NCBI GenBank assembly: GCA_000934665.2
Contig: JYFJ02000689.1
Span: 1 to 64,000 of the forward strand
Direction of reading: 5' to 3'
Length of the DNA: 64,000 nt
Origin: Catajapyx aquilonaris
Lineage: Eukaryota
Shown: piece after piece, positions 1 through 13,900 of the stretch
Numbering within the stretch: position 1 is the stretch's first letter
Layout of the letters: every line of letters starts with the position of its first letter
The notes under the pieces: generated by a model
What the model saw: the letters and a program-made list of their open reading frames with translations, nothing else
What the model was told of the DNA's origin: nothing
The model's database searches: none
Translations under genes and position numbers: made by a program

Positions 1-31
1 GCAACTGTTTGATTTCTGCACAGGTCGCCAT
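1..31 (-). CDS. 5' end of a gene running off the left edge (MATCAEIKQL...), possibly ABCF3-like
   Basis: Minus strand reads ggcaacATGGCGACCTGTGCAGAAATCAAACAGTTG in a good Kozak context. MATCAEI matches my recollection of the vertebrate ABCF3 N-terminus. Only 10 codons are visible. Confidence 0.3.
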   Translation of the reverse strand, partial: MATCAEIKQL

Positions 32-104
32 GTTGCCAATTTAACCAGCGGAGGGGAGAAGCGAAACGCGCAAACGTCCGACCTTGCCGGACTCTCTTGC
101 CTGT

Positions 105-360
105 CTGATAACTAATATTATCCAACACTTAATAACTAATATTATCCAACACTTAATAACTATTATTATCCAACACTTAACCACTATTAATAACTAATAC
201 TATCCAACACTTAATAACTATTATTATCCAACACTTAACCACTATTAATAACTATTATTATCCAACACTTAACCACTATTAATAACTAATACTATCCAAC
301 ACTTAATAACTATTTAATAACTTAGCCAGTAAATTTAACTTAACAGCTTAATAACTATTA
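105..360. repeat. AT-rich minisatellite (core tattatccaacacttaa)
   Basis: About 7 imperfect tandem copies of atccaacacttaa with taactat spacers. Confidence 0.85.
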
Positions 361-999
361 AAAGTAGCTGGTTAACAAAAACCATTTGACCAAGCATTTA
401 AAATAACCATCAAAAGCAGCCATTTGATATAACTATTCGACCTTTAATAATGGTTATTTTTTAAAAAAATCTAAAATTCATTCCAGTTCACATACTGCCA
501 GGAAGTAAAGTGAATAGCATTGAACTGTCGATCACGATTTGTATGGAGGATATTTTTTTTCAGTTAAAAATGGGGGGGGGGAGAGGGGATCAAATTGGAC
601 GCGTGGGTTTGCCATTTGACGCGAATTCCATGCGAATTAAGCTGCTCCTGCCAACGGGTGGTCGAAATGGTCAGCGAGTGACCCTCCCCTCCCCTGCCGT
701 CCCCCACATCCCAAAAACCATGGGCATTATTAACTGGGTGTGGGGGCCAAAAGTTTATAAATTCTGAATAGAGCTTTATTCGGCGGGACTCATCTAGAAT
801 TAATCTACTTCCTATGATACACACACAACAGTGCCTGCTGTATAAATGGTGGGAGGGGCGGATCATCCGTGGCTCCGATTGGGGGCTCCATCAAACGTTC
901 AGCCTATCCGGACAGATTTCTCCAGCCATTTTAAAACTGCAGTTTAAGTTAAACTCTGGTTAACCACTAAACAGTCAAATTAAATTGGCCACTTACCTA

Positions 1000-1200
1000 G
1001 GTCTCTGCTTGCATGCTTCTTTATCCGCACGGGATAGGATAGGGACGGAAGGAAGCTGCTGTGGCCTATTTTTACGGAAACAACTCCGGAATTCTCCTGG
1101 AGGAACCGTGGGAAACCGTGGGTTAGAGTTGCCGGCAGAGGGATTCAAACCCAGGACCTCCCGATTAGCAGTCGGACGCCCTATCCACTACACCAACTGA
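1000..1200 (-). mobile_element. tRNA-derived SINE copy
   Basis: Minus strand has an A-box-like TGGTGTAGTGG (1185-1195), an anticodon-like stem-loop ccga-CTGCTAA-tcgg and a B-box-like GGTTTGAATCC (1141-1151), followed by a non-tRNA body. No intact acceptor stem is visible. Confidence 0.6.
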
Positions 1201-1943
1201 TTCGGGTTATTAATTAGATATCAATACCAATATTAATTATTTAAACATTATCAAATATCAATGAAAAGTCAATTATTGATTCAATATCATTAAATAAATT
1301 AAATACCAACATTAATGCGAGGGGTAGGTTAAACGTGTAAAATAACTTCGTACTACCCAAGATCTTGATGTTCAAAATAATAAATATGGTTTTTCTCTTT
1401 ATTGGATCGGGAGAGTCACAAGTAATAAAAAAAAAAGAAACCAAAAAAAAAAAAAAAAGCTCTTCCACATTTCACTGTACACAACGAGTAAACAATTATC
1501 AACCCCCCCCACAACTTTGCCCCAAAACACCCCCCCCCTGCTGTACGAAACCACCCCCTAATAATTGTTCATTATTTTGACTTCCAGGGGGCACTTAGTT
1601 TTTCTATATTTTTTTTTTACTTATCACAACCTCCCTTCTGTACATAATATGTTCTGATCTCTCTGGCTAATTCATTTGATAAAAGGGGCAGTAAAAGGAG
1701 GGACACATCTCCGGTTAAGTGGGGTGTGCACCAATCTCGGTTTAAGCACCTCGTTAAGGAAATTAACGATGGTTTTGAACAAGTCTGGTGCATTCCGCAC
1801 TGTACTAATTCTACGTATTTTAAAATAAGAGAGTATTTTTTTTCTGATAAAAATATCTCTCGTAAATTTTTCATATTTTTTGTGTGTGTGTGTGTATAGA
1901 GAGATAGAGTCGGATAGAGTACTATAGAGTTAAGTGTTATGTA

Positions 1944-4900
1944 TCACACCATTATGGCATCTTCCTCGCAGTCCATTTCGGGGAAGGCGAGGGCAGCGTT
2001 TCCAGCTTCTGTCGTAACTGGAAGGCTGCGTCTGGAGGACACGGGCTTCTGACGTGGAAGCCGCCTTGGAGGTGGGGCAACCGAAGCTCGTTTCCTGTTA
2101 GTCGCGTGGCTAGGCGGCCTACGACGCACCTCGGAAGCTGGAAAAATTAAAGTTCGTTATCATCCGGATAGACTCGAACCGGATCAGATTAATTAGCTAC
2201 AAGATTTGGCATGTCACATAAAGACAAATCGTGTGATAACGACCAACAGAAGCCTAGTGTTACGAACTACACTACGCTACATAGTACGCCCTACTGTAAT
2301 TAGTACACAGGCGCGGTTAGAAACTTTGTAATTAACCAACCGATTAGGGTAATTTTTGAGGGGGGGGCAGGGCAATGGAAAAAGGTGCGGAGTTTCAACA
2401 GTGTGATGAGCTCTGACGGACGAATCGCATCATTAGTCGCCCTCCTGGTAAGGCAGGAAGGGACGCCCTCTTCTTGCTCAACATTCGGCGGGTTGGTGCG
2501 TCTGCTTCCACCTGCATTGTACCCACTGCAAAAATAGTAGGTATTTGCGGGGGAGGGTCGCAAGATAGCGCAGGTGTTACAAGAACCATCACCGATGTTG
2601 TGTCAGTTTGCGGATAAAAAAAAGGGGGGGTATATTTTTAAATGGGATAATTACCTGTGTCACTCGGAGGCAACCTTTCTATTGACTCAGCTCCTGCCGC
2701 GTCGCCTTCTCCGTCGACGTCGTCGTTTGCGGATGACGACAGTAGGTCGTCGTCCGATGGTGACCTTGCTAACGAGGGTAGCACCGATGTCAGCAGCGCT
2801 TTTTCGGCCTTCAGTTGCTTTATCTGCTTAGCCAGCGCCACGACCTCTCCCTCGCCTGCTTCGTCCGTTAGCTCCTCTCCAGCCTCTTCTTGCAGCGCCT
2901 GTTCGCCCGACTCTTCCTCGGCCAACCCAGGCGACGGCCTCCGAAGCGAGCTCAGTCTATGGGAAGCGCTTTGGCAGGCAGTGTCCAGGTTGTCGATATC
3001 GGCCAGAGTCGTTTTCACCTGCGGACAAACCACGTAAGCGTCTCCACACACGCAAATCGGTCATTAACCCACCTTCCGAAGCTGCTCGAGAATTATAGTC
3101 TCGATGCAGAGAGTCTGTTTCCCGATATCCATTAGCGAGTCCTGCGCTTGTTTAGCCCTGTCCGTCCTGAGTATGCATGGAGCGAAGACGATAGCCAAAG
3201 CGTTTGCGTTCATCCGGTTTGCGTCTTCATGCTGGGCGACCCTCGCTAAATGGAAGACCAGCCTTTCCATCAGGTCCAAGTTATGTCGAGGAAGCTTCCT
3301 TAGTATGCCGTAGATGGTCGCGACCCGATCTTGCGCTCGAGTAAGTGCCGCGGCTCTTAGGAAGTCCTCGTACTTATCGTGGGTCAACAGCGGTTCGGGC
3401 ATCTCACGGAAAAAGCCTGTAAATTCGTTAAGGGTTAAATAATTGCAGAGAAATTCACGAGGCGGCACGTACCTTTAAGCACTGAGGTTAAGACGTGAAC
3501 CGGATATCCCTCGAGATCCACGCTGTCCAGGTCGTCCTCGATAGCCAGTTTGAGCGCCCTGACCCTTGAACTAACAGCCGATTTGCGGTACAATCCTTCC
3601 GTGTACAGTCCGTACATTTCAATGATTGTAACGAGTCGCTCAACTACGACAGGGATACGGACACTCTCGGACACTAGTGTGGACAGTCGGGCTCCGAAGG
3701 TTCGTCCCATACCAGCACCAGCTTCTGGCGCCATGTTCTCCTTTACATCTTCTTTCCCACATTCGACGCCGACTTTTAAGTGACATTTGCGATGACATGT
3801 CAGCTTGCAGTCTGTCGAAAAGGAAAGTGATAAGTACATGGCCGTTTAACGACCGCAACTATTGCGACTTACTCTGGCAAACGACGCCCCGTTCGATCGG
3901 CCACATGATGAAAGACGAGCACATCTCGCACGCTGTTGGTATGTTGATGATCGTTAGGGCAAACGCATGTCCCATATGTAGGATGACCTCGTCCACCTTC
4001 CGCTTCTTCTCCTTCCGACCTCGCTTTCCGCCTTTGCCCGCGCCCCGCTTCTTTTCCTCCAAGCGATTCGCAGTCATAAACTCATTGAGGAACCCGCGGA
4101 AAGCATTAACGCCCATGGTCACTGGGAAATCCTCGCCGACTTGTTCGGCCTGGCACACCGTATCCATTATCTGCAAAAGTCCGCGTTAAAGAGTGGTCCT
4201 CGACTAAAAAGTGATTGCGACTTACGAAGACAAAGTTGGCGATTAGGTCCTTGTACTTTATGTTGAGCGCCTCTGTACCCTGCTGGTTAGCCACGCTGTA
4301 CGTACTGAGCAGGTTGTCCTTAAACTCACGAAGAGCACGCTCAAACACACGGTCCACTTCGCCCTTGCCTTCCACCTGGTATATCTGCGAAATATTAATT
4401 TCATGCTCATGGGCTCGTAATGACCACAAACAATGCAAGCGTACCTTATTGGTAATGAAATCCTGCATTAACTGCAGCTCCTTCGCGTCCGATATGATCT
4501 TGTCCGCTCGGTCTGTAAACTCGGACGTCCCGGTGAGGCTGAACCGTCCGGGCTTCTCGTACGTCGGTAGCGGCTTAGTCGACTTGCGATACTTGTACCT
4601 CATCTGCGTTTGTGGCGACGTCGCTCTGTGGTTGAGCTTCCCGCTCCCTCCGCTCAACAGCGGCGGAACCTGCATGGCATGGCAAGGCTTTTCGGCAGCC
4701 CCGCCGCTGTGGATGCACTTGGCATGGAATGGCATCTTGCAAGCTGCAAAAATTCGTATTGTAATAACGGCGTTAATTTTACAAGCAGCAAGTACTCACC
4801 ATGGCACTTGAAACCTTGGCTAAAGAAGGCGCTCATATGCTTCTCGCATGCACCGCAGACGTCTCCTTTGGCAAACTTGTTGACTCGGGTGAAGCTATGC

Positions 4901-7900
4901 CGTGGACCCAAAGCTGTCGATGTGGACACGGCTAATCCGCCGACTTCCGGAATTGAACCGGACGCGGACCTCGACCGTCTTCGTTCCTCTTTACCGGACG
5001 GCGACAGTGGCGGACGGCTCATGCCTGCAATTTCCGGTTAGTAAAATATTTTAAGGCTAATCGCAGCGGGTACGTACCTGGCAATATGGAGTCGGACGTA
5101 CTGCTGTCTCTTGAGCTTCCGATTGAGTCGGCAGGTAAGCTCTCTCTTCGTCCGACTTGCATCTGCACCGCTGACTTGGACGTGTAGTAGTGATGGTAGT
5201 AATAATCGCTTGCGTATGAGCTAAGACTCGCTTCTCTGGATCGCGGCGTTTGCGGATTGCTGTCACATCCCCAGCTGTGTGTGCTGTCCCGACTGCCCCG
5301 CCTCGATTCCTCTCCGGAGTGTCCGGACCGGACTGAAATCATCTGCCGTTCTGATATGATTCGTTTCCGCTGCTCACGTCTCTCCTCTCGGGTCAGATCT
5401 TGTAGCGACCTGGGCATGGATCGATCGTGCGAGTGGACAGAGTCGATCGTCACAAGCGAGGCGGATGTGGACGAGTGCACCGTCAGCGTATCTTCAGTGT
5501 CACTCTCCGATTCGAGGCTTGTCTGCCGCTCGGGTTTCAAGTCCGGCCGACGGCTGCCACCTGCAAGACATCAACATTACAAACATGTACGCCACAAACT
5601 TGAACCGCACTTACTTATAAGTGTTTTGATATGCTTTTTGGCCTTATGGAACGGATTTTTGGTCGAACCAGCCGCAACGTCGTCGTACTTCCCTCGAGCG
5701 TCTTCCTCTTTGGCACTGGTTTCCGGCTCGCCGATATCTACTGACGGAAAAGTCGTGCGGGTGAACACACCTGCCGTTAGAATCATACGAGGCACTTACC
5801 TATTGACGTTTGGTCGCTGAAGCTCAGCTTCAGATGTTCGGGTTGAACCGCACCGTCTCTAAACTTCGGCCTGAACCTCTGCACCTCTTGAGCCGCTAAC
5901 CTGCAACACATACATTGGTCAAATGCAGGTCAAATGCGGTTACAAGTAACGCGAATCAAGCAAACGTCACATAAGCTCACAACAAACGCAAACTCACCTC
6001 CTGTTTTTGCCTCGTCCGTCTTTCTTTCCAGGCACGGAATTGACTGACCTGGGTATGGGTTTTGGGGGCGTTTGTTTTGGCGCATGCAGGGGTACTGCAG
6101 GCAACTTTCTACGCAGCGGTACACGCGGTTCTTCCGAGACCGTCACAGGCTCTGACTGCATCGATTCAGACTCGCTGTCCTCCTGAATACCGCTGCTCCT
6201 AAGCAGGGGGGGGTCACAAGCGACAAGCATAGGACTCACAAGCAGTTAGGACAAACATGGCAACATGCGACACACGTACTCATCGGAATCTCGGTGGACC
6301 CAAGCCGCAATGACACGTTCATCCAGATCTTCTTGACTTGACTCCTTCGAAAGGAAAGCTTCGTCCGTGCTTTGAGCTGATTGCGAATCCGCATCTCGTC
6401 GTACGCCCTTAATTAGCGGGAGAGAAAATATTGTGTAATTATTGTCGACACGGATTAAAACGGAGCAAACGGACCTCCTTGGCTTGTTGTCTGGCGATGC
6501 TCGTTGTGCTGCCTGTCTCCTCGGCATGTTGCTGCTGCATCGTTTTGAACCTCTGCCGTGCGAAATTCCCTCGTACCTTCGTCTGGAATTGCACTATTCC
6601 TTGCCTCAGGTTCGTGTACCATTTCCGCACACGGTAGCCTCTCCATACTTTCTGAATGTACACGGCCGCAAGATGTCGCAATCGGATCTGGCTGTACTGC
6701 CGTTGCGCCAGGAAAGTCCGGACGTTCGACTAGACGGGACAGAGCGTGTAATCGATGCGAACGATTAAGTGATTGAACGACCTACCTGAAGCCTAATCAC
6801 CGCGTCTCGCACACGCAGAAAGTTGCGTCGCTCAAGCACGGCTCTGAACCATCGCTGGATTGTGATTATGCTGGCCATTATTTGCTGGTGCAGACGGTAG
6901 TCCAGCTTCAGCTTCTCGGACTCCCGCATGAATATCTTGCTTTGTCCGATCTGGTAGTTGTCACGGTTTAGGTTCAACGACGCTAGGAACTCACGTACAT
7001 CGGCTTGAGAACTGCGGAAAAATATTAAGTAAACATAAAACGGATATGATCCTCGGTAAAAATACCATACCTGAGAAGTCCTTTCGGCAGAAGTATCCTA
7101 TAGTGTTGTATGAACTCCTCGAATGTCAGCCTAACGTTGTAACCAGCTTGTCGTATCCGCACCGTCTCCAACATACCCGTGTACCTGAAAATCAAATGGT
7201 TACTCGTTCGCACTCGCAGTCGACATCCCGCTTAATTACCTCAGCTGCCTTTGCACAATGTCTTCGTCAAACTTGCTGGCTACTTTCTCACTGTTGCTCT
7301 TGATACATCGGATGAAAAATGGGTTCGCTTGGTTCAGCGTGATCATCAGGCTGTGTAGGGAATGATAAAACTGGGCCGTCACTGTCATCGGCTGCTTACG
7401 GCCTCCGTGGCCTTTGCTCGGAATTGATGCGGCTTGGGTGTGTCTTGCTAGTGTCTTCATGGTGCGGAGGTTCTTCAGGCCGTGCTGGCTGCCCACTTGT
7501 GGCGAGAAGGATCGGTTCCTCCTACGAACATATGATGATTAACGAGAGGTACTCGACAGTGAAGCAAAGGCGAAAAGCTGTCCGCACCTTTACGCCTACC
7601 ATGCCACAATTAAACGGCTGAAATGTAGGGCCAAATTCAAATTTTAAAAAGAAGAATCTACGATGAACAAACTACAAAGTGAAACAAATTCGGCACAACA
7701 AATGTGCTCTCAAAAAGTGAATAATACGAAGCTGCGTAAATGAAAATAACATTTACTGTACTTGGAATAATACGAAGCTGCTTTAATTTTAAATAATATT
7801 TCAAACGAAAGCAACGTTCAATAAATTTTACTTGGCGTTTAATATTCACAAGAGTTTCACGTGCGAATTTTAACAACCTTTAATTTTTATTCACTCTAGT

Positions 7901-10900
7901 TATCACTGCGGCAATGAAAATAACAAGTCAACTCATTTTCACCGCCGCTTACGACACACGTAACATAACAGAAACAACACCGCATCCACCAAAAAAAGTT
8001 ACGGAAAAAAACTACTTATTAAAACTGAGCATCACACACACGACACGGATCCAAAAAAAATATGTCAATTTAATTTCAAATGCAATCGCTCGTTAAGTTT
8101 TTTTTTTGATGACGTTTTTTTTCGGATCCGCGTTTCACAACACATGCAGTGAAGTTTCCAGTTGACACATACCTAGAGCAGAGAACTGGACAGTGGTACA
8201 AAAACTGTCATGAAAGCTGAAGACACAGGGAGGTAGACAGTTAATTATATATATATTTTTTTTTCAAAAAGGGTCGTTTAGCACTTGGATAGTTAAAAAA
8301 GTAATTAGCAGTAAAGAGAGAGGACACTTAGCAATTACTCAAAAAAAGCAGCTCAAAAAACAAGTACAACACTTTTTTTTTATATAAATCTCTTTTGCCT
8401 TTGTTTACCACTGAGAAACTTACACGATCCTGTTTACCATCAGATTTACTGCCGACATTGTCACTAGATAGCTACAGAGAGAGAAAAACCGAAGCTGTGG
8501 GTAACCGCTTGTAAAAATTAAAAACATAAGTCCCACTTAATTAAGTCACATTTGTCCATTAATATGCAAAACGTGTGTGGCCGCATCCCACAAAAAAAGA
8601 ATTGTCCGATCCCGCACTAAACCTCGTTAACAAATAAATGAACTTACCGAATCACAGTCTCGTTAGGTGATCTCCGCCTCCACAAGTTGCTGCTGGAATT
8701 TTCACGGTTCTTCATGTTTCCTGAAATTGCAATTGGTCAGTTCACGTACGTCGTTACGAACGTCGCAAAGAACGTACTCCTGTTTTGCCTGTGCCGGATT
8801 CCTGCGTCCATAAAGGCGAAGTAGGCTCGGAAGAAGGCTCGGAGGATTGCCCATCTGAAGACGGCCACAGGATCCATCCCGACCAGTTCCCGCACGAAAG
8901 ACATACTACTGCTTTTCAACACGCTCACAATGTCCTGTCGCATCAGATCCAGGTTCTTCTCACGAAACTCTCCGACCTATCAAATTTTGCAGTCACAACA
9001 CAGTAAAAGTACTAAACAGCAAACAATTACCTGGTACTTGACTTTTCCGGCGTAGTGCTGAACAAGAAACGCAGACTCGCGCTTTTGCGGCACCTCGTAA
9101 AAATCATTTTCCTTATGAACCGAGTTAAACTTTTGAAGCAGCGTCTCGTTCGTGGCGCCCGGAAAGCTGCGGGGGAAAATATTTATTAACTTGGTTTTAA
9201 TTTAATCACAATTAATGCTCGACTCACTTGCACTGGTCGTCTAGTATGCACAGGAGACCGTTTGGTTTTCCTTCGATAAGCTGCAGGCATCCGGTGTTGT
9301 CCTTGAACTCTATGTTAGCCCAGCGGATTCCCTCTCGCTTGTACTCCTCTTGCTCGTACTTGAACACATGTTGGTTAAAGTAGTACTGCAGGTGCTCGTT
9401 CGCGAAGTTGATGCAGAACTGCTCGAATCCATTGCAGTTTCCGAAGTCCTCGAATCCAAATATATCCAGAACCCCGATCGAGTGGCCGAGATGGTCGCGC
9501 GATGCCTCCTTTTTGCTTAACAAAGCGTGGTTCACCTGCAAGTATATATATGTCACGACTGGTACTTGTAATACGCAGCAATGAGAGGGCGCACCTGCAA
9601 TACAATCCAGTCAAAGAGGGCTCCGTAAAGACATTTTGCCATCGCGTCTCTAGCCGCAATTGCCTCTGCCATACGATAGTTGATGACCAGCGTTTCTCCC
9701 GAGGCTCGTGCTCGTTTGGACACCAGTGCGGACAGCAGAGTTTCCTCCTTGACCTTCAGGAGCGACGAAATCACTCTGACGACCTCGGGGTTCTTCACTA
9801 AAACGGACTCGTCGTGATGGTACGTCGACTTCTTCGGTTGGAATTCCACGTTGCCTGCAATTGACGCATTGATAATTGTAATTTATTAATTTACACTCTG
9901 CTAACAATTATTTCACTGCAAATAAACTCACCTAAAAGTAACACTGCTGAAAGAACGGCAAACAGTCTTCTTTGCTTCTCCGGCGAGAATCCGACCATTT
10001 CCATGGACTGCTTCAGTCTGGAGAACTCATACCCTTCGTCAACTCCGTCCACTGTGTAACATCCACTCTGAAAATGCAAACAAAGGTGAGTACTGTCTCT
10101 TATCGCCTGCTCAGTAAGCTCAACTAAATTGACAGCTTATCAGGGTACGTAATCCAAGTGTGTGCAGACCTACTTGGGTTGCATGTCATACGATTTGCAC
10201 AAAGCAGATTATTAAAATTTGGCGAAAAACAGATCGGGTGAAAGGATCATGTTTGCCGCAGGGATCGGGTAGCAGCTAAAGTTTGTCGTAAACTACACGA
10301 CTGCTAGATATGGCGATGACAACGAGGGTCGCATAGCAACAACTCGTTTATCTTACGGCCTACCCTGGACCGCATTCAGGATGTGTCTTATACGTGTCTA
10401 AATACACTCCGAGGCAAAGCATGTGCCATGAAATGTCTGCAGCTGATAAGATCTACAAGTCTGCACACTGTACAGTATTGCCCAAGCATTTTGCCTTTTA
10501 AAAAATTGGGTGTGACATTAATTAGCCTGTTCGTCATGTTTGTCGTTGTTCTGATTTTTCCAGGCGCAATCAGGCAGAAGCATGTTCTCGTTGCGGGTTA
10601 GGCGCATACGCCGCAAAAACACAACTTTTAACCCCCTCCGAACGATCCCCAGGAGCCCTCCCTAAAAAGTCAAGCATTCCTGGGCAAAAAGCCATGCCGC
10701 CCCGACTACCCCTGGAAAGCGGCCAATCACACAAGTATCCCTCACCCCCCCCCCAGCAATTAACTTTCATCTCACCAAGAGGACTCAACAATAGAAGCAA
10801 TTTGTTAACCCCTATACGCTTATTCCCCAATTGTCTGGAGCGTGTGAGGCGCCGAGTTGGTTTTTTTTTAATCGTCTTGGCAGCTCCTCACTTCCAATTT

Positions 10901-13900
10901 ATCTGGATTGGTGTCGTTACAGAGTTCTGCCACATCCAGACAAGGCTTGGGCTAGGCTCGGCCAAGTGGGCAACGACCCACAGATTTTTAATTGTTCATT
11001 GCAACGAGTGTGCACAGTAACGAGCTCACGATCCTTTTAAACTAATTTTAAATCTGTGCTACTAACAGACTTCTTTAATAGTGCTACTAGAGCCTTCTTT
11101 AATAGTGTTACTAAGAGCATTCTTTAATAGTGTCACTAAGAGACTTCTTTAATAGTGTCACTAAGAGACTTCTTTAATAGTGTCACTAAGAGACTTCATT
11201 AATAGTGTCACTAAGAGACTTCTTTAATAGTGCTACTAGAGCCTTCTTTAATAGTGTTACTAAGAGCATTCTTTAATAGTGTCACTAAGAGACTTCTTTA
11301 ATAGTGTTACTAAGAGACTTCTTTAATAGTGCTACTAAGACTTCCTTAATAGTGCTACTAAGAGGCTTCTTTTAGAGTGACACTACAAGCCTTCTTTAAG
11401 AGCTAAACCAAGAGCCTTCTTTAGGACTGACACTAAGAGCTTTCTTTAAGAGTGATACTTAAAGCCTACTTTAAGAGTGATACTAAGCCTTCTATGAGAC
11501 TGATACTAAGATCCTTCCTTAAGAGTGACACTAAAACACTTCATTAAGAGTGATATTAAGAGACTCCTTTAAGAGCAAAATGAAAATCCTAAGAGACTCC
11601 TTTAAGAGCAAAATGAAAATCCTTCATTACTAGTGATACTAGAGCCATCTTTAAGAGTGACACTAAGAGCTTTCATTAAGAGTGACAATAAGACCTTTCT
11701 TTAAGAGTGATACTTAATACCTTTAATAGTGCTATAAAAGCCTTTAATAGTGAGCCTACTAAAAACCTGCTTTAATAGTGCTACTAAAAGCCTTTAATAG
11801 TGACACTAAGAGCATTCTTTAATAGTGCTACTAAAAACCTTAGGTGGAATTTCCATCTCACTGATAGTTACTGCTAACTTAGCAGTACCATTGCCAACAC
11901 TGGTACTGCTAAGTTAGCATTAACTAGCAGTGAAAATTCCACCCCCTTCTTTAAGAGTGGCATTAGACCCTTCTTTAAGAGCGAAATTAAGAGCGATTTC
12001 CACTCATCACTTTCACGCCTCGATGTGAAAATTGATTGCCTTGCAGCTCTACAAAAGGGGTGGAGGATTGCATTGGTCCAGAAACCTCTTTACCTGATTC
12101 AGGTAATGATAGTCGCTGGCTTGAAGGAGATGCAAGGTTTCTCTCTCTGCCTCGGTCGCCCCTGCCATGAGGTAGTAGAACACATGGTAGTTGCGCTCGT
12201 TCTTGGCCTGCGAGCAGATGCGGGACTTCTCCAGCAGGTACTTCTGCACGATTGCGCTGGAAAAAAAAGAGGACGGATCAGTCTCGAGTTGTCGGATGCC
12301 CTGTCATTTTTAGAGAATATTTTGCATACAAACTTTGAGGTTTATTAAAGCATATTCGAATCGCAAGTGTCAAGGGCTATGCTCCGTAGTAAGTTACAAC
12401 AGAAGCTTGAGCGCAAAAAGAGTAAAGGACTGGGAATGAGGAAGGCGTCAGTAGTTGCTTCTCTTATACATATTTTTTAAAGCATATTTCGTCGGGGTCC
12501 AGCTGCAGACTCACCCTTGAACCATCCCATTCTCCTTGTAGTTGACTTGGATGAACTTGCCAAACCGACTGGAATTATTGTTGTGTGCAGTCTTAGCGTT
12601 GCCAAAGGCCTGTAAAAAGCAAAAAAGAGAAAGTCCACATTTTACAAATAATGTTTTGGCACCAGCTCAGATATTGCAGTGTGTTACACCCCCGCCAAAA
12701 AAAACAAAAAAAAAGTGCGGCAAGAACCTGTCTCCAGCTATTACCCAGAAAGTTGTTAAAAAAACGCTTATCAAGTCGGCCACTTGAACAATTTTTGATA
12801 TTAAAACAGGTGCACAGGCTCTCTTGGATTTATTTTCTACATATTTATTTCCGCATGAGGGTATTTCCCTTTCATTCTTTCCGCACTGCTTCTGTACTAG
12901 GTGGCCCGCATTCTTCCAAGGCTTTGACACACATAACCTTGTTCAACAAATAACATCCCCCCCCCCCCCCACCCGCNCTTTTTTTCTTTTCCTAAACTGG
13001 CGGAAATAACCCTCCTTAAATTGAGCTTAATATTTTGTGGGTGTGACTCATCCTCTTCTATCTTTTTTTTTTTAGTGGAAAAGATTGTCAAAGCCATCTT
13101 GGCGTGACCCCTTCTCCTCTAGTTTCAAAGGATGACATTTTTGGCTCCCTGATATCTCCCCATGGTTTAATTTACTCCAAGAGACTAACTCTGCTGGGGA
13201 GAGAGGAAATAATTCACGCTAAGCTGAAGCTTCCTGGGGAGGAAGGTCGTGGACTAGTAAATGAATCAGTAACGGTTGCGGTGGGCTGAGGGTCGAAGCC
13301 TCCAAAAGACAAGAAAATTGGACTCTTAAAAAAAATACCATTCTAATCATGTCTGTGCCTCTGTTTGTCCAGGACACCCTCCCCCCTCCCCCCAAACACA
13401 CACACCCAATTTTACCAAGCCATCCATAACAGAAATTATTTATTAAGTTATTTTTATAACAAATATTGAAGTCGTTTATGTGGCAAATACTTATTTAATA
13501 GTTATTTCTAGAGCGAGTAATTATCAACAGTTATTTCTAGAGCGAGTAATTATTAATAGTTATTTCCAGAGCGAGTAATTATTAATAGTTATTTCCAGAG
13601 CGAGTAATTATTAATAGTTGTTTCCAGAGCGAGTAATTATTAATAGTTGTTTCCAGAGCGAGTAATTATTAATAGTTGTTTCCAGAGCGAGTAATTATTA
13701 AGTTATTTCCAGAGTGAATAATTATTAATAGTTATTTCCAGAGCGAGTAATTATCAATAGTTATTTCCAGAGCGAGTAATTATTAATAGTTATTTCTATT
13801 GCAAATACTTAATAGTTGTTGATATAAGAAAAAAATTAAGTTATTTGTATAAAAATATTAATTCAATAGCTTTTTGTACGGCAAATATTTATTCAATGAT

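Noticed and set aside
1130..1200. Functional tRNA gene
   Set aside because: The B box is degenerate, there is no acceptor stem, and it continues into a SINE-like body.
3780..4900. Two C1 domains in myosin IX as a novelty
   Set aside because: Tandem C1 domains are already known in invertebrate class IX myosins such as C. elegans HUM-7.
2657..6776. Plus-strand ORFs overlapping myosin exons, and likewise at 31411-35197 over Lon
   Set aside because: They are antisense shadows of GC-rich coding exons.
12650..13400. Possible LINE ORF1 relic ([18 protein letters not shown])
   Set aside because: The resemblance is too short and fragmented to support. The region also has homopolymer runs and an N at 12977.
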